From the NCBI RefSeq assembly GCF_009914755.1, contig NC_060931.1: a stretch of 64,000 nucleotides of DNA. The stretch is one strand, 5' to 3'. Each line of letters opens with the position of its first letter. Positions within the stretch are counted from its first letter, which is position 1. A program made the position numbers and the translations under genes. The notes beneath the pieces were generated by a model. The model saw only the letters and a list, made by a program, of their open reading frames with translations. It searched no databases and had not been told where the DNA came from. The stretch comes from the human T2T-CHM13v2.0 reference genome, Homo sapiens. This document shows, in pieces, positions 24,530 through 39,428 of this stretch.

Positions 24530-25599
24530 TTAATTTTTTTATAATGATGCTAAACCACCCTTAAAAAACCTGTGTCAGTTTATACCACCCAAATAGTGGG
24601 TGATAATGCCCACTCCCACAGCCACTCCAGGTCTGGGTATTATTCAACTTCTCTTTCTTTCTTTTGGTAAACAATGTTAATGGAGGAGGTAATTTTTCAT
24701 TATTATTTTACGTTTGTATCCTTATACCTTCTGGACACTATACCAAAATCTACAATCTAAAATATATAGTAGTTTAATCTAAATGGTAGCTAATATAATC
24801 TCTACTATATGTCACACTGTTATTCTGTTTCGACTTTTTCATGTTTCGATGTTAAAGCTTAATTTTAACAGTTAAGTATCAAATTTTCCCTATATATCAT
24901 AATTTATATAACTATTATCCTATTCTTGAACAATTAATGCCTTTCCAAGGCCTCACCAATATAATTACATAGCAACGAAAACCCTTATATGTGTGGTTTT
25001 TTCTCCTTTTATGAATAATTTATTAAAGTAAATGCCAGATAGTGATATTACTGGGACAATATCACTCTTTTTATGGCTCTTGATAAGAATTGTTAAATTG
25101 CTTTACATATATTAATTATCTTGATTCAGCCATTCCACAATGTATACATATATCAAAACATCATGTTATACACAATAAATACATACAACATGTATTTGTC
25201 AATTTAAAAACATGAATAGTTTTACAAAAATGTTATATCCATTTTATGATCATCAAGAGTATCATATTTTTACAGATTCTTTACTACTTTTCTGAAGTGT
25301 GGTATATTTATTATTTCAAATTTAATCCATATGTTTACTTTTATAAATTGTAATTTATAGATTATATACACAGAGAATGGTGATATATATATTTATATTT
25401 TCCATGCTTAAAAACTGCTTACTTTGTAATGCTAACTGAAAGCAGCAGGATGCAGAATGAAGTGTAACAATTATGTATATACCTCAACAATAGATCATTT
25501 AATTTTCCTTTTTCTTTCCTAATTAATCACAAGTATTACACTGAGGCTGAATGTCTTCCTCATATTCTTAGGGTCAACAGATCTGTCTCTTTCTTTTAG

Positions 25600-25749
25600 G
25601 AAATTTATCAGTGGTGTGGTTCCTCGTGCAACAAATATGAACGTCTGAAGGCAAACCAGGTAGCTACTGGCATTCGGTACAATGAAAGGAAAGGAAGGTC
25701 TGAACTAATTGTCGTGGAAGAAGGAAGTGAACCCTCAGAACTTATAAAG
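25600..25749 (+). CDS. SCIN: Scinderin coding exon (probably exon 4), 150 bp
   Basis: ttttag|GAA...AAG|gtattg; [50 protein letters not shown]; in frame with the previous exon. Confidence 0.97.
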
Positions 25750-25956
25750 GTATTGTGACTCCTGTTGTTTGTTAAAGGGTTACCACTCCAACTCTTATGT
25801 GTCTGTGTGGTGTGTGTGTGTGTGTGTAAGGCAGCAGGGTGGGGAAGAAGGGGAAAGAGATTCAACACATGTTTCAATAGTGAGCCTAGCTACAATTAGT
25901 AAGAGGAAACAACAGGGTTATCTAAGTGATGGAACTGGGAAAACAGAAAGTCATGA

Positions 25957-26436
<480 letters not shown>

Positions 26437-26492
26437 TTCTCAGGGTTTTTTTCAAACACGGTGGTTTTCTTCAATTTTAAAATTAACAGTTG

Positions 26493-26827
26493 CAGGTTGA
26501 GTATCCCTTTTCCAAAGTGCATGGGACCAGAAGTGTTTCAGATTTTGAATTTCCGGGGTATTGGAAATATTTGTATATACAAAATGATATATCTTGGGGA
26601 TGGGAGTCAAGTCTAAACATGAAACTCATTTATGTTTCACATACACCTTATATGCACAGCCTGAAGATAAATTTATACAATATTTTAAATAATTTTGCGC
26701 ATGAAACAAAATGTGTGTTAAGTACTTGTGGGTGGAATTTCCACTTGTGGCATAACATCAGGACTCAAAGTTTCAGACTTTGGAGTATTTCTAATTTCAG
26801 ATGTTTGGATTAGGGATGCTCAACTTG
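26493..26827. mobile_element. Tigger4/MER46-like non-autonomous DNA transposon
   Basis: TIRs CAGGTTGAGTATCCC ... GGGATGCTCAACTTG followed by TA. Confidence 0.78.
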
Positions 26828-29409
26828 TATTTCGTTAAAGGAATTAAATACAATCTTATACCAAGAGATTAAATATGCCAGTATTTAAAATATTTCAATC
26901 ATTTTAAGCTAAGAATTATACGCAACACACTTATGATTTTAGTGTAGTTCTTAAATTAATGTGAAAATTAAGTGTTCATGGCTCTATAGACCCTGCATCA
27001 TTTACTTAACGATTATATGAATCTTAGGCATTTGGTTGTGACCAAACTTTGTCTTTTAAGAATATTGCAGTGACTACCTAAGTGTATATATTGTATATAT
27101 TCCCTTAAATAAGACTGTCAGTTAAGGAGTATAACTATATTAAGATGTCTTCATACGTATTCACAAATTAATTTCCATTTGTTCATACAACAAATATTTA
27201 TTGTACTCCTGCGATGCGCCAGGCACTAAATGTTTGCACCAGTTGCTACTTCCTTGTACGAGCACTGTGTTCCATCGTGACTTTACAGAGCCCTGTCAAA
27301 ATCTGTTGATATAATACCTTTTTGAAACTTCTGCGTTTAATAGTGGTAGGTGGTATCTCTGAGTTTTCATTTCTCTGATTTCCTGGAATATTATACATAT
27401 TCCTCCAGTAATTTTAGATTTGCATTTAAATCTATCTAAAGGCTATCTCTTAAACATTTTTAATATTTTTGACTTACAGAAATTTAATGCAGTAGTTACA
27501 TGGTCCAGTGATAGCCTAAAAATCCAGTGATCAGAAATTATATGAAATAACTTTATGTATTGTAATGTCTTTAAACTTTATTGCTTTAATAATGCCCAGA
27601 CACAGACTTTCACATTAATGATGTTTTGGAAATAATTTTAATTCAGTGGGGAAAATTCTCATGGTATAATACTAGGAGAAAAGACAGAATATAAAATTTT
27701 ATATGCAATATTATACTAACATATAATATGTGTATATAGCTCTGTATTCATACATATGTACATACCTAGAAAATTGTGCTAAAATATTACCAGTATTACA
27801 TCTTGGGATGTGGCTGCTTATTTTCTTCTTCATTTGTCTTTGTTATAATTAACATATATGTTTCATTTTATAATCAGAAAAAAAGGCCATTTAAAAAATT
27901 AAGATAAAATTAGGGATGGTTTTACTGGATTTTCATTGGTTAGAATAACATAGCTAATAAATCAGACTTTGAAAAGTATTCAAAACAAATTCTTGATCTT
28001 TTAATATTCTTTTAAGGCCTCTGTTCTAGAGATGGGATCAACCATGTAAGTCTTCTAACTTGGCATATTTGGAAGCAAAAATCTATAAATAAGATGTATT
28101 TCTAGTTGACTGTAATCCCTTGTCTCAATAGCTATGCTTGGATAGAAGCAGATTCAGGAACAGGACTTGCCTTGTGAAGTGGTAAGAAGAGTGTTACATT
28201 AACTATCGGACATCACTCATGCTTCTCCAGGGTCACCCTTGGCCCAAAGCAAGTCTCCTGACTATTCATTGTGTCTGATTCCTCATATGCAAAGTGAAGG
28301 GTTAGACAAAATGGCTTCTCCAGTCCCTTTAGGTTCTAATGATCTATCCTTCTACCTTACCTCTTGGGCAGCAGCTGTGTTTAATTACCACTCATTTGCC
28401 ACTTGTAGTCTGTTCCAGGAAGTGATGCTGCTGCAGCTGAGGGGCCCTGCTGGGCATGTACATATGTGGTGTCCTGGCTTATTGGATTTCATTCAATGTT
28501 TCGAAAAAGAAAGTGTAAACAGTCAATACATTACACTGTAAAATTAAAATAAGAAAAAGCAAATGAAGAAAAACTGTGCAAAAATATAATTTGGCTTTAA
28601 AATATTAGTGATAAGGATAAAGAGATATAATGCTTAAGATAAAATGTGATGTCTGTGTTTCCAAGACTCCTCAGTTTGGTTTTTAGAAAAATCCTACAAA
28701 GCACCCACTTTGTTTTCATTCAATACATTCAGTGTCTATACTACATTTTATTTGACTGCTTTCACTCACACAATGAACTGAGATGAATTTTCAGTGAAAA
28801 CCTTTATTAGATAAGGAAAAAAAGCATTCAGTGGTCTTTTCGCTTTTGGAAATGTAGTTTTGTAGCCTGATTACAAGAAAGAGTAATTATTTGATTAATT
28901 AATTGAGCACCTATAACAAACTTGTTTGACTTCTAGGCTTTCTTAGTGTTGTAATGATAAGGATAGAATACAAAAAGCCCATGAACTTGGTTGGGAAGAA
29001 TTACAACTTTATTTTCACTAACCTCTTAACTGAAATACGGCCTTTCCTCCAATTGTGAAAGTAATAAGCAAACGTGAGTAGCAGGAACAGTACTGTGACT
29101 TTTCAGCTCACATTATAGCTATTGTACACAACCTCAAAATACGTTTATGCTCATTGCTACTTGGTAATTATTATTGTTATTAGATCTTCTGCTCACTAGT
29201 ATTTAATGAGTTAATGAAAAGCTCATATATTACTTTACCAAACTTTAAAATATGTATTTTGATATTTTAATAGCTGCATTTCAATGTAATTTATTTCCAT
29301 TATAATACTTTGTATCTTGTTTTATGCATTTAGCAAATATTTTTCTTAGAAGGGAACTAATAGGTTTCAGAAGTGTTCCAAACCAGTCTATACTACGCAT
29401 GCACACATG

Positions 29410-29443
<34 letters not shown>

Positions 29444-29560
29444 CCTTGTTTAAAATTTGAAAATGTCATTTCTTTTTCTGAGACTCTGGTGCAACAGTTG
29501 ATTTTACTAGAGATGGAGTCTGAAAATCTAAAAATTTTTCAAATATATTTTAAATTGAGG

Positions 29561-29864
29561 TTTTATTTATTTATTTATTTTTTGAGCTGGAGTCTTGCAC
29601 TGTCACACAGTCTAGAGTGCAGTGGTACGGTCTCGGCACACTGCAGCCTCTGCCTTCTGGGTTCAAGTGATTCTCCTGCCTCAGCTTCCCAAGTAGCTAG
29701 GATTACAGGCACCCACCACCACACCCAGCTAATTTTTTGCATTTTTAGTAGAGACGGGGTTTCACTCTGTTGGCCAGGCTGGTCTCAAACTCCTGACCTT
29801 GTGATCCGCCGGCCTTGGCCTTCCAAAGTGCTGAAATTACAGATGTGAGCCTATGCACCCGGCC
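29561..29864 (-). mobile_element. AluS
   Basis: (TTTA)n tail plus full Alu. Confidence 0.9.
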
Positions 29865-30176
29865 TAAATTTGACCTTTTAAAAGACTCATTTCTAATGGG
29901 GTTCTTTTAAAATTATTAACTTTAAAAGCTTTGAAAGTCTCTCTATGTGAAAGTTAGAAATGGCTTGAAAGCACGGATATTTTAATCAATTAAATGAGCC
30001 TGTTTTCATTACTCTGTATTGAGTGCTGAAATTTTTGAACTTGTCTAACACATTAAAGTGCTCAACACTGAAACTCGCACTTTTCTGAGAGTCTTTTGAA
30101 AAATTTATCTTTAGTTTGAAGTATTTCAGCTATTGATCACAGTATTTTCACACAGTTTTTATATGGCTTATCTCCA

Positions 30177-30299
30177 GGGTGACCATAAATTTATCCTCCA
30201 AAGCAAAGCACATTGTAGAGTAAAAGGGGGCACTGAGGAGATAGGACACAACCATCATTAACAAGACTGTCTGGGGAAACAGGATGTGTGCTCACCCTC
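30177..30299. mobile_element. hAT-Blackjack MITE (MER94-like)
   Basis: Termini AGGGTGACCA ... TGCTCACCCT, ~120 bp. Confidence 0.5.
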
Positions 30300-32859
30300 C
30301 TTTCTGTATCTTTAGTACTTTTAAAAGCCCGTGTGCCTAAATAGGAAGACAATCCTATATGTGGAAAAAACTAAACTCTGTAACTAAAGTCAAATTTTAC
30401 TCTGAGCTTGTTTTTGCTGCAAATATATTTACCATAAATGACTGCACATAAATTATGTAAAGCTTTTTTCATGATCTTTCTTCTTTTCATATTTAAAATA
30501 ATCAGTGAATGTGAAGAAAAATTAAATATTTCACTAGCCCTAAGGTCCCAAACTTTATTCCTTGATTAATCGTTTTGTAAACATTAGGAGGAAAGCAAAA
30601 AACAAACAAACAAACAAAAAAAACCCCAAGGAAAAAAATACTATGTTTTTTAGACTTTCATTAAGAAAAAAACCCAGCATCTGGTAGATATAAAAAGAAT
30701 GAAGATGAAGAAAGGGCAAGTTGTTTGAAACAACAACAATTTTTTTTATTCTGGAAAGACTTTTTAAATATAGTTTAATGAATTCGTTAAGCCTATAATC
30801 ATTGTAAATGCTGGTGGTGAAATACTGGCAGTAAAAATTCTACAGGGAGATGGTAGGCAGATGCTGTGTTGCTGAACTGTTGTTGAACTCTTGCTTTTAT
30901 AAAAATGACTGTAAGGCTCTCTGGAAAGTCATACATGCAATGATTGTTTCAGATTTTTGACCTAAAAAAAAAAGAAAATCAGAATAACATATTATGTCTC
31001 CATTAATAACTGTTTATCAAGTGCAGGGTTGGTTCCCAATGAAGTTTGAAGACTCTGCTTACTTTATTGTCTGGTTGAGGAGATAAGCATGCACTAGAAA
31101 ATAGTCAGAAAGTGTGGGAATAGAATCGTGAGGGTCCTCAGAGGCCAGAGAGCATGGTCTGAATAACACCACAATTTGTTGGAAGACTTTTCATGATGAA
31201 AATCCTATTTTAGACTTTATGATGTTAGCATATAGTCTAGATTAAACTCCAAAGGTTCTCCCAAAATAGAAAATGTGTTCCTTTTGTTTTTTAAGTCATA
31301 ATTCACAGTATGAAAACAAAAGAATGTATTCAGCCATTCTCTTGGAAAGTTGATGGGATATTTACCCTATGCTGATCTGGCTGTCCTGTTAGTAAAAACT
31401 AGAGTTGAATAGTGAAGATAGTTCTTAAGTTATCTTTTAGAGATGTACTCTACAAAGCCTGTTAAGGCAAAGAGTAAATTTTTAGCCATACTTCTTCAAA
31501 GTACTTTGCAAAATAAAATTTATATGTTATCAATGCTAAGTTCCTTGAGGGCAGGCACTGCCTTTATATTTGTGTAGCCCTCACAGCTCTAACTCATTGC
31601 CCACTCGTATTTGGATAATTAAGACAATTAACTGTGAAATATGTAGTTCCAGAAACTAAGTATGCTTGTTTTTCTGTTTTTTAGGGGATAGTATGGCTTA
31701 AAAAATTCCCTTATTTTAGGTGATATTGTTGATGTAGACATGAACAAAGTCATATGCTGATTAAAGTAAGTTTTAAGACCAACTAGATTTACATGGAAAG
31801 GCAGTTGGTACTTAGAAAGGATAATTCAAATATTCTGCTCCTCTTCTTTTTTCAGGTGATAGTTACAACCAGCCTCTCGAAAAACAACAAACAAGTCTTG
31901 AGCTTATTTATACTTAGTGCAATACTGTCCCACATATTAGGCAGATGGCATATACTCCAAGTGAAAGTGCTTCACACGGTAGGAAACATGTAGCTAGTAT
32001 CTAAAACTCTTCATCTATGAATTAAAATGCATGTTACCTTACGTCCCTCTCAGGTCAGGTCATCACCCCTTTTAGAATCCAGCAGCCACAAAACTCCAAT
32101 TCTTTTCTTGCCAGGACAGCATGTAACACTGCTGCCCGCTGCCTGGCTACCCTGATTGGCTGTTGCCTGCAATTCCAGTGCTGCCTCTTTGGGAACTGTT
32201 GGGGCCACCACTGCTCACTGCTCTGGACTAAAGGTGAATTTGCTCCATGAACTCCAAGGATCTACACAGATGTAGTGCTTTATTACTGAGTCATCTAGTA
32301 CATTTGTCTTGTTCCTCCCCCAAAGTTAATGTCAAAAGGCTGTGCACATTGCTAGTGCTTCCAAAGTTCTTTTAAATTTACAGAAATGAGTGATTTTTAA
32401 ATTTTAATAATTTGATCATGGGAACATTCATACATTTTGGAATACAAAGTAAAAGATTACCAAATCAAATTGGAATTTGGAAGCTTAGGATTTTGTCAGC
32501 ATTCCTTAAAGTTTTTCTGTGGAAATGTTTGTCCTAAGTTTGCTAGACTTACATGGGTTTGTATTTTAATATTTTAATGAAAATATAGTTGTACATTTAA
32601 ATAAAGAATGATTGTTTTGAAAATGATACTACAGAGAGAGGAAAGAGCTTTATTTCTGGGGCGTGACCTTTGATTAGATAAATCAATCATTCTCCATTTA
32701 TCTTTATAGGGTTGTATCGAATGAACCAAAGAAGTACTAGTAATTGAAATGGGGAGCTTTGTGAAAATCCCTCTCACGACCACTTTGTAACAATATATTT
32801 AGCATTTTTGAAAGAGTCTAAAGCTTTATAGGAAAATGGTATAAATAAATATATAGCTA

Positions 32860-33030
32860 GGCTGGTGGTGCACACCTATAGTGCCAGCTATTTGGGAAGC
32901 TCTGGTGGGAGGATTGCTTGAGTCCAGGTGTTCAAGGATGCTGTGAGCTATGATCATGCCTGTGAATAGCCACTGCACTCCAGCCTGGGCAACATAAAGT
33001 AACCCTGTCTCTTAAAATAAAAAAAAAAAA
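32860..33030 (+). mobile_element. Fossil Alu monomer (FAM-like)
   Basis: Single monomer retaining the 7SL-type GCCTGTGAATAGCCACTGCACTCCAGCCTGGGCAAC, plus A tail. Confidence 0.75.
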
Positions 33031-35848
33031 GATTAAGGTTGCTTTATGGGTTTGTAATACCCACACAAAAAATAAGTCATTAAACTATTTTTCTGTTGCC
33101 CTCCTATTTTTTTTCATTCTAGTCGAAACTCTGTACTTTGTAAGAGTGGAAATTTGAATTGTCTGAGTTATCAGTTGGGTCTAAATATTTGTATGTTTTC
33201 CAAGTAGTTTTAGCTTCCTTATTTATCCTGCTTTTATTTTCCTATGACTTTTTGTAAGTCCTTGGGAAATTGAACAATGTCTTAAATATTTTGTAATCCC
33301 TCATTCATGTAGCATTGTGCCTGACACATAGGCACTGCTCATCAAGTGTTTGTCATTTGATTGAAATAACATTATTATGAGAGTCATTGGGAAAGAGGAG
33401 GTCCATTTACCGACTTACCATTCAAAGATTTTTAAGTTAAAGGGAGCAAATATATTCGCAACCCTCTCTAAATTAGTCCTGAGGCTACACTGCATATAGA
33501 GAAGAGATGAACTATCAGAGATACAAGCAAGTAGGAATCTTTCTCTTTCTCCTCTTTGCTGCATTGTAATTAATGCATTTTCTCCATTTTGCTTTACTGC
33601 AATAATACTTAGTACACTCCTGAAATCCAAAGTATTACAGTGATAAGGAGTACCTGCCCCAAGTTGCGACGCTCTCTAGAACACTAGTGTTGCTCCAGCT
33701 ATTTAGATCTACCATGTATTGATGGCTTACTGTTTGCCAGGCACTGTTCAAGACACTATTCATTCCTTGTTATTTAATTTAATGAATTTGTTGCTTGGAT
33801 TTCTAGTATTGAATTTGGATACCCGTTTTGTTCCTCACCAATTCATCCAGTGGGGGAAGTTGAAATGTTCTGAACAAAGATAAGAAATTCATATAGTAAC
33901 AGCTTATCATATGCTGCAAGAAAGTGATAACATTTCACATAATCTCCCCCTTTGTCACACCAAATTTCATAACGAAGACTTGTAACCTTACAGACAAGGT
34001 ACCACTGTTATATTAATCAGTCCAAATTAACACCACTTGGCAATCATCTCTGAATGAGTTAATTTTCCCTTTAGCTTGCAGCTGAAGTGAGGGAATATCA
34101 ATAGACTCTGTAAATAGGATAATGCAGTTCCAAGACAGATGGATTTAATGGGTAGGACAGGGGAGAGGGATGGATCTTTGCCCCACAAGACGTATATCTG
34201 AACTGATAAGCTAATATAAATATTGAACTATAATGGCAGTTTCTATTCTATCCTTTTAGTGTTCCACTTGTCACAATAGTGATAATATATTTAAAAAAAA
34301 CTAACAGACTGTATTTTTTCAGTAATTTTAGGTCAAGTTCATCTTATCCTTTGTGCTAAGACTCAGCTAAACACAGATATAAAAGGGCCAGGTCTCTGAT
34401 TCAGTGATTCATGATTTCTTGCATTCATTTTGTAAATTAGTTTTTAAGTATATAATAATAAACAATAGTATTTACTTCGTATCAGTTTCCTCTTACATAT
34501 TGTGCTTAGAGTTAGCCAAGCCCAGATACGAAAATGTTAAATATGCAAGATTCAGCCATTCATATCTCCTTAGTATGTATTTGATAATAAGCATTTGTTT
34601 AATATCATGAGGAAATATGCTCACATATTGGAAAGAGGTTCCTAAAATGGTGGCCACCTGGATTGTGCTTCCAAGTACTGTTTTTCCAGAGCCTAGAATC
34701 ACAGAGTGTTGGAACTGGGTTATATTGACAGCACTTGTATAAACTAGTGTTAATGTATCAGAATTGCTGTTATGTTTGCAGGGGTATCTAGTGCATCACA
34801 ATTTTTAGAATTACATTATTTTGAAAAAATGTATATGTAATAATATGTTTATTTAAAGGCTTTAAAGTGACTTTGTAAGGAAAGGATGGTTTCTTCATGT
34901 AAATATAGTATTCTGCTCAGTGGAAACCAATAGGAAATTCTCAGTGTTAGATATCCCATAATCTACTAATCATGAAAAAGGTACCAACATGCTGCTAAAA
35001 TATATTAATATCTGTATGTAAACAAAAAAGCTTCATAGAACTATGTTGGTAAGTGAAGTCATGTACCATGTATCACAGAGAAATTAAATATTAATGGTCT
35101 GAAATCTGCTGTCAAAAATACATCTTAACGATGTCTGATAGAGTGCATGTAGAGAAGACAAATATATTGATTAAAAACAGTTTTGAAACAAGGAGCAAAT
35201 GCTCTACAATTGCATTGTGATATTCACTGTTATGGAACACTATTGTTAGGGAATGGCACGACTTCTCTCATCTTGTGTTCTACAAGGGTAAATGTAGATG
35301 GCTCACTGGTAGGCTGAACTTCCTGTTCATTCCTTAATCTTTTTGTTACATTTTCTTGATGGCATACAAGTGCTTCTTCTTATTAACACAGGAATTAAAT
35401 AATCTAGGAAATGGATTTTAATTGCTGCAAAAGAGCTAACAACTACTACCCTGACAAACATTCAGTGCTAACCATAGAAGAGGCACTCTTCTAGGAGCTT
35501 TACAGGATTTAACTCTTAAAACCCTTACTGTGATATGGAGACATTTTTTATTCCCTGTCTATGTTGTGTTCCTCCAAAAGTTGACTCTGAGACAAGGACT
35601 TGGGGGCAGGTTGTTATTTGAAAGGTGATCCTGAAAGCATCAAGTAGGAGTAAAGTGAGACAACATTTTGTTAACAGGTGTCTTACTACAGTGAGCAACT
35701 GGGGCTGAGTCCCAAAGAGACCCTCAGGCATTAGCCCTCAGAAGGCTGAGTGGTTGCTGGGTCTAGCCAGTAACTCCCATCCCTCATTGCTTGAGCATTG
35801 CTCCTTGGTTCTTAATGTCCCAGAACCTGCCTTGTATTTGGACACAGT

Positions 35849-35990
35849 ACAGCTCCATGGCTAGAGAATGCCACCAGATAGAAAGCAAAAGACTTCGAGC
35901 TTTAAGATACTATCTATAGACAGCTCCATGGCCAAATAATGCCACCATGTAGAGAGCAGAAGACTTAGAGCTTTAAGACACTATCTGCAA
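35849..35990 (+). repeat. Diverged 71-bp tandem duplication
   Basis: ACAGCTCCATGGC...AATGCCACCA...AGACTT.GAGCTTTAAGA.ACTATCT at 35849 and 35920. Confidence 0.85.
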
Positions 35991-36324
35991 ATGAACTCTA
36001 AGTTAGATCAAGGTGATATGGGCAGAGCACCAGTAGCATCTGCTACATCCTTACTTTACAGATGAGGAAACTGAGTCATAGAGAGGCTATGTAACTTGCT
36101 TAAGTAGAAATAAGAATAAGAAATCTGTGGATCACACCCAAACTGTCTTTCTTACAGACACTGCGATCTTAAACATACAGAGCAAGGGAAATCCCAACTG
36201 CTGTGAAGTTATTTTATAACTTCAAAAACTTTGCCAGAAATGTTTGATAATTATGCCTCATTTTATATATTCCATATAATAATTACTAGTTTTAATAGCA
36301 CAGTGTTTGTACTCAGTGGACTGG

Positions 36325-36694
36325 TGATATGGTTTGGCTCTGTGTCCTCACCCAAATCTCATCTGTAATTGTAATCCCCACACATCAAGGGAGGGACCTG
36401 GTGGGAGGTGATTAGATCATGGTGGCAGTTTCCCCCATGTTGTTCTCGTGATAGTGAGGGAGTTCTCATGAGGTCTGATGGTTTTAAAGGTGGTAGTTTT
36501 TTCCTGTGTGTTCCCTCTCTCTCTCCTGCTGCCATGTAAAATGCGCCTTGCTTCCCCTTCACCTTCCGCCATGATTGTAAGTTTCTTGAGGCATCCCCAG
36601 CCATGCGGAACGGAGAGTCAATTAAACCTTTTTTCTTCATTAATTACCCAGTATCAGGTATTTCTTTATAGCAGTGTGAAAATTGACTAATTCA
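36325..36694 (+). mobile_element. MaLR solo LTR (THE1D/MSTA-like)
   Basis: TGATATGGTTTGGCTCTGTGTCC...ATTAAACC...CA; perfect 5-bp TSD actgg. Confidence 0.88.
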
Positions 36695-37359
36695 ACTGGC
36701 TTACCCCTTTGTTTTTTATCTCTTACCATTAGCATTCAGCCCTTCATCCAAATTACAGGGGCATTTGGTTTAGGGTAATTGAGGTACACATTTTTTTTTG
36801 GAAAGAATATACATTTTCTTAATGTATAGCATAGAAGTTATGCAAATATTTTTAAGTGCCTCAGAGTACTTGAAAAGCCATTTTTGAGTTTGCTCAATTA
36901 AAATTTCATGCTTGGAAATTTTCTGGATTATGTAGATAAAAAAGTTTTCCCAACTCCCTTGCCATTGAAACAAAACTTGGCCAGATTGAATTAAAAGTTA
37001 TATATAAATCAGGTTTATGTACCTTTTCCTCAAAGGATAAGATGAGATAAAATTAAACAAGTTCATATAAATATGTGTATATGTATATGTATATGGTGAT
37101 ACAGGGCAGTGAAAAAATACTCCTGGAGGTTTAGCTCATGTTCTCATTATAGGGGTGCCCTATTTTCTTCTCCATTTCTCCCCTTACCCAACTTAGTTTT
37201 TTATCCAACTTAGAGTACCAGAGGGTAATCTTTTCCAAAATCAGTGAAAATAAGCAAGAAGTTACTGAGACTAATAATGTTACCAGAGACACTGTAGTGA
37301 AGCCCCAGCGGTGAGAGGAGAATGATCTTTATGGACCCAGCAGTTTTGGGAAATGGGAC

Positions 37360-37656
37360 CTAATAAGAGATGACTAGAGCCCTCATGAATAGTTTGACAT
37401 TATTATTGCAGAAATGGGTTATTTCTTGAGAGTGGGTTTATTATTATCTAAAAGTGAGTTTGGCCCCTTCTTGCTCTCTTGCTCTCCATGTTCTCTTGCC
37501 TTTCTTCCTTATACCATGAGAAGAGATAGCAAGAAGGCCTCACCAGATTCTGCTACCTTGATATTGGACTTCATAATGTGAGAAATAAATTTATTTTCTT
37601 TATAGATTACCTAATTTGTGGTATTCTGTTGTAGCAACTCCAAACAGCGAAAACAC
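37360..37656 (+). mobile_element. MaLR LTR fragment (MST/MLT1A-like)
   Basis: AGCAAGAAGGCCTCACCAGAT and GAGAAATAAATTT...GTGGTATTCTGTTGTAGCAAC. Confidence 0.6.
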
Positions 37657-39239
37657 TGCACTGAAAGTTAGTTCACCTAAAGCAGGGATCAAAGCTAACC
37701 TGTTAACCATTGTAGACTCAGCTCTTTCCCACAGAGCCAGAATATTATAGACACGCAAGAAATAAACCTTACATAACAGATATATCTTGCCTCACCAAAA
37801 TAAGGTCGTATGTACAAGACTATATGGGAAAATATGATGGAAACACAGAGGAGGATCAGAGAATTCGTTTTATAATCAAGGACTAATGACATCATAGACA
37901 ACACAATTGTGGACTTCAATGAAAGGAAGAGATTACTATATCATATTCCTTTTTCTCAGCATTGTCACCTACTCTTCTGCTGATTGCATAAAAGACTTTT
38001 CTCCAGGTTTTGCCTGGAGAGGGATATACAGGTCTATATTCAATTTGTAGTTTAAATCTAAGATATAAGATTTTGACAAAGGTACATTACCAAGACATAT
38101 AGACTGCTTTATAAAATCATTAGATCAGTACGTGAACAAATAATAAAGTGTAAGTCCATGAGGAGGTGTGTGGCAAGAAGTCCAGTGGTAAAATCATTAT
38201 GCAAAGGATTAGTCCAGTAATTTGCAGGGTTGTATAAGACAGAAAGAGTAATGCTTTGACCAGGGAAAGATTTGACTCTGCATATGTAAAGGTGAAGAAA
38301 GGGTACAGGATCTACCATTTGTTGAATTTTCACCATATGCTAGTCATAGTAATAATCACATGATAATTGAGCCATATTATTTATTATACCATTTTAAGTG
38401 TGGAAATTAGATTACAGAGACTCTTAGTAGCGGCTCCACCCAGCTCAGCCTGCCTGATCCTGCCAAGTGAAGGGAGGTGTCAAAAAGACAATGGAAGAAT
38501 GCACAGAAATTAGGAACCCCAAAGGCAAGTTTCGGAAGCGTTCATCCAAGCACTGATCAGACAGAAATGTCCAAAGTGGGTTTGAAGCCTTAGGGAAAAA
38601 GGTTTGGTGATGTCTAGAAAAGGCAAATGACCTGAAATCTTAATACCTGAGATTTGCCCCAGAGCAGCTCTCAGACCACCAGGCCCTAATAATTTGTCCA
38701 GGGGAGATGTGTTCTAACAAGCTAATGTGAACCTCAGAAATGCTTGGCAGACCTATCCCAATGGTTGAGGTAGATAAACCAGGCTAGCAAAGCTGATGCC
38801 ACAGAGCACTTGAATCACATCACCAAAGCAGGCCTAGAAGGCTTTTCAAATATACAATGCATGGGCTCCAATCAGAATAAATAAATCTGAATTTCTAGAG
38901 ATTGGATTCAGACATTGGCATTCTTTTTTATATCAGCCCAGATGGTTCTAATATGCAGCCAGTGAAAACAACTGCTCTTGTTTAATAAGTTGGCATTCTG
39001 GCTTATGGCTTTTAATGACTTGTGATTTTGCTTTCTGTGTTATAGTAACTTGTAAGGTAACTTTCCATATTATAGTAACTTTTGGGGTAATTTTCTTATG
39101 AGTTTGACCCTTCAACATCTATCCTCTAATACGCTGATATTCTAGGAATGCTGAAGTCCAGTCCTGCCTGATAAGTTCCCCACTGCCACAGCATTCCCTG
39201 AGGCCTCTCGGGCTGCACTCTGTGTCTGGCATCCTCAAG

Positions 39240-39428
39240 ACATGAGTGACTATTTAAGTTTACATTTAAATTCCTTAAAATTAAATAAAATGTAAAATTC
39301 AGCTACTCAGTCACACTAGCCACATTTCAGGTACTCATTAGCTACAAATGGCTAGTGAGAACTGTGTGGGACAGCAAAGATGTGGAATATTTCATCATTG
39401 CAGAAATTTCTACAGGACAGCACTGCGC
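39240..39428. mobile_element. MER3/MER33-like hAT MITE
   Basis: CTCAGTCACACTAGCCACATTTCAGGTACTCATTAGCTACAAATGGCTAGTG. Confidence 0.6.

Noticed and set aside
29324-29848. 174-aa ORF
   Set aside because: Runs through a (CA)n repeat and an antisense Alu; typical spurious Alu ORF.
35849-35990. Tandem repeat as an array-type (CRISPR-like) system
   Set aside because: Only two diverged adjacent copies, with no spacers, in eukaryotic intronic DNA.
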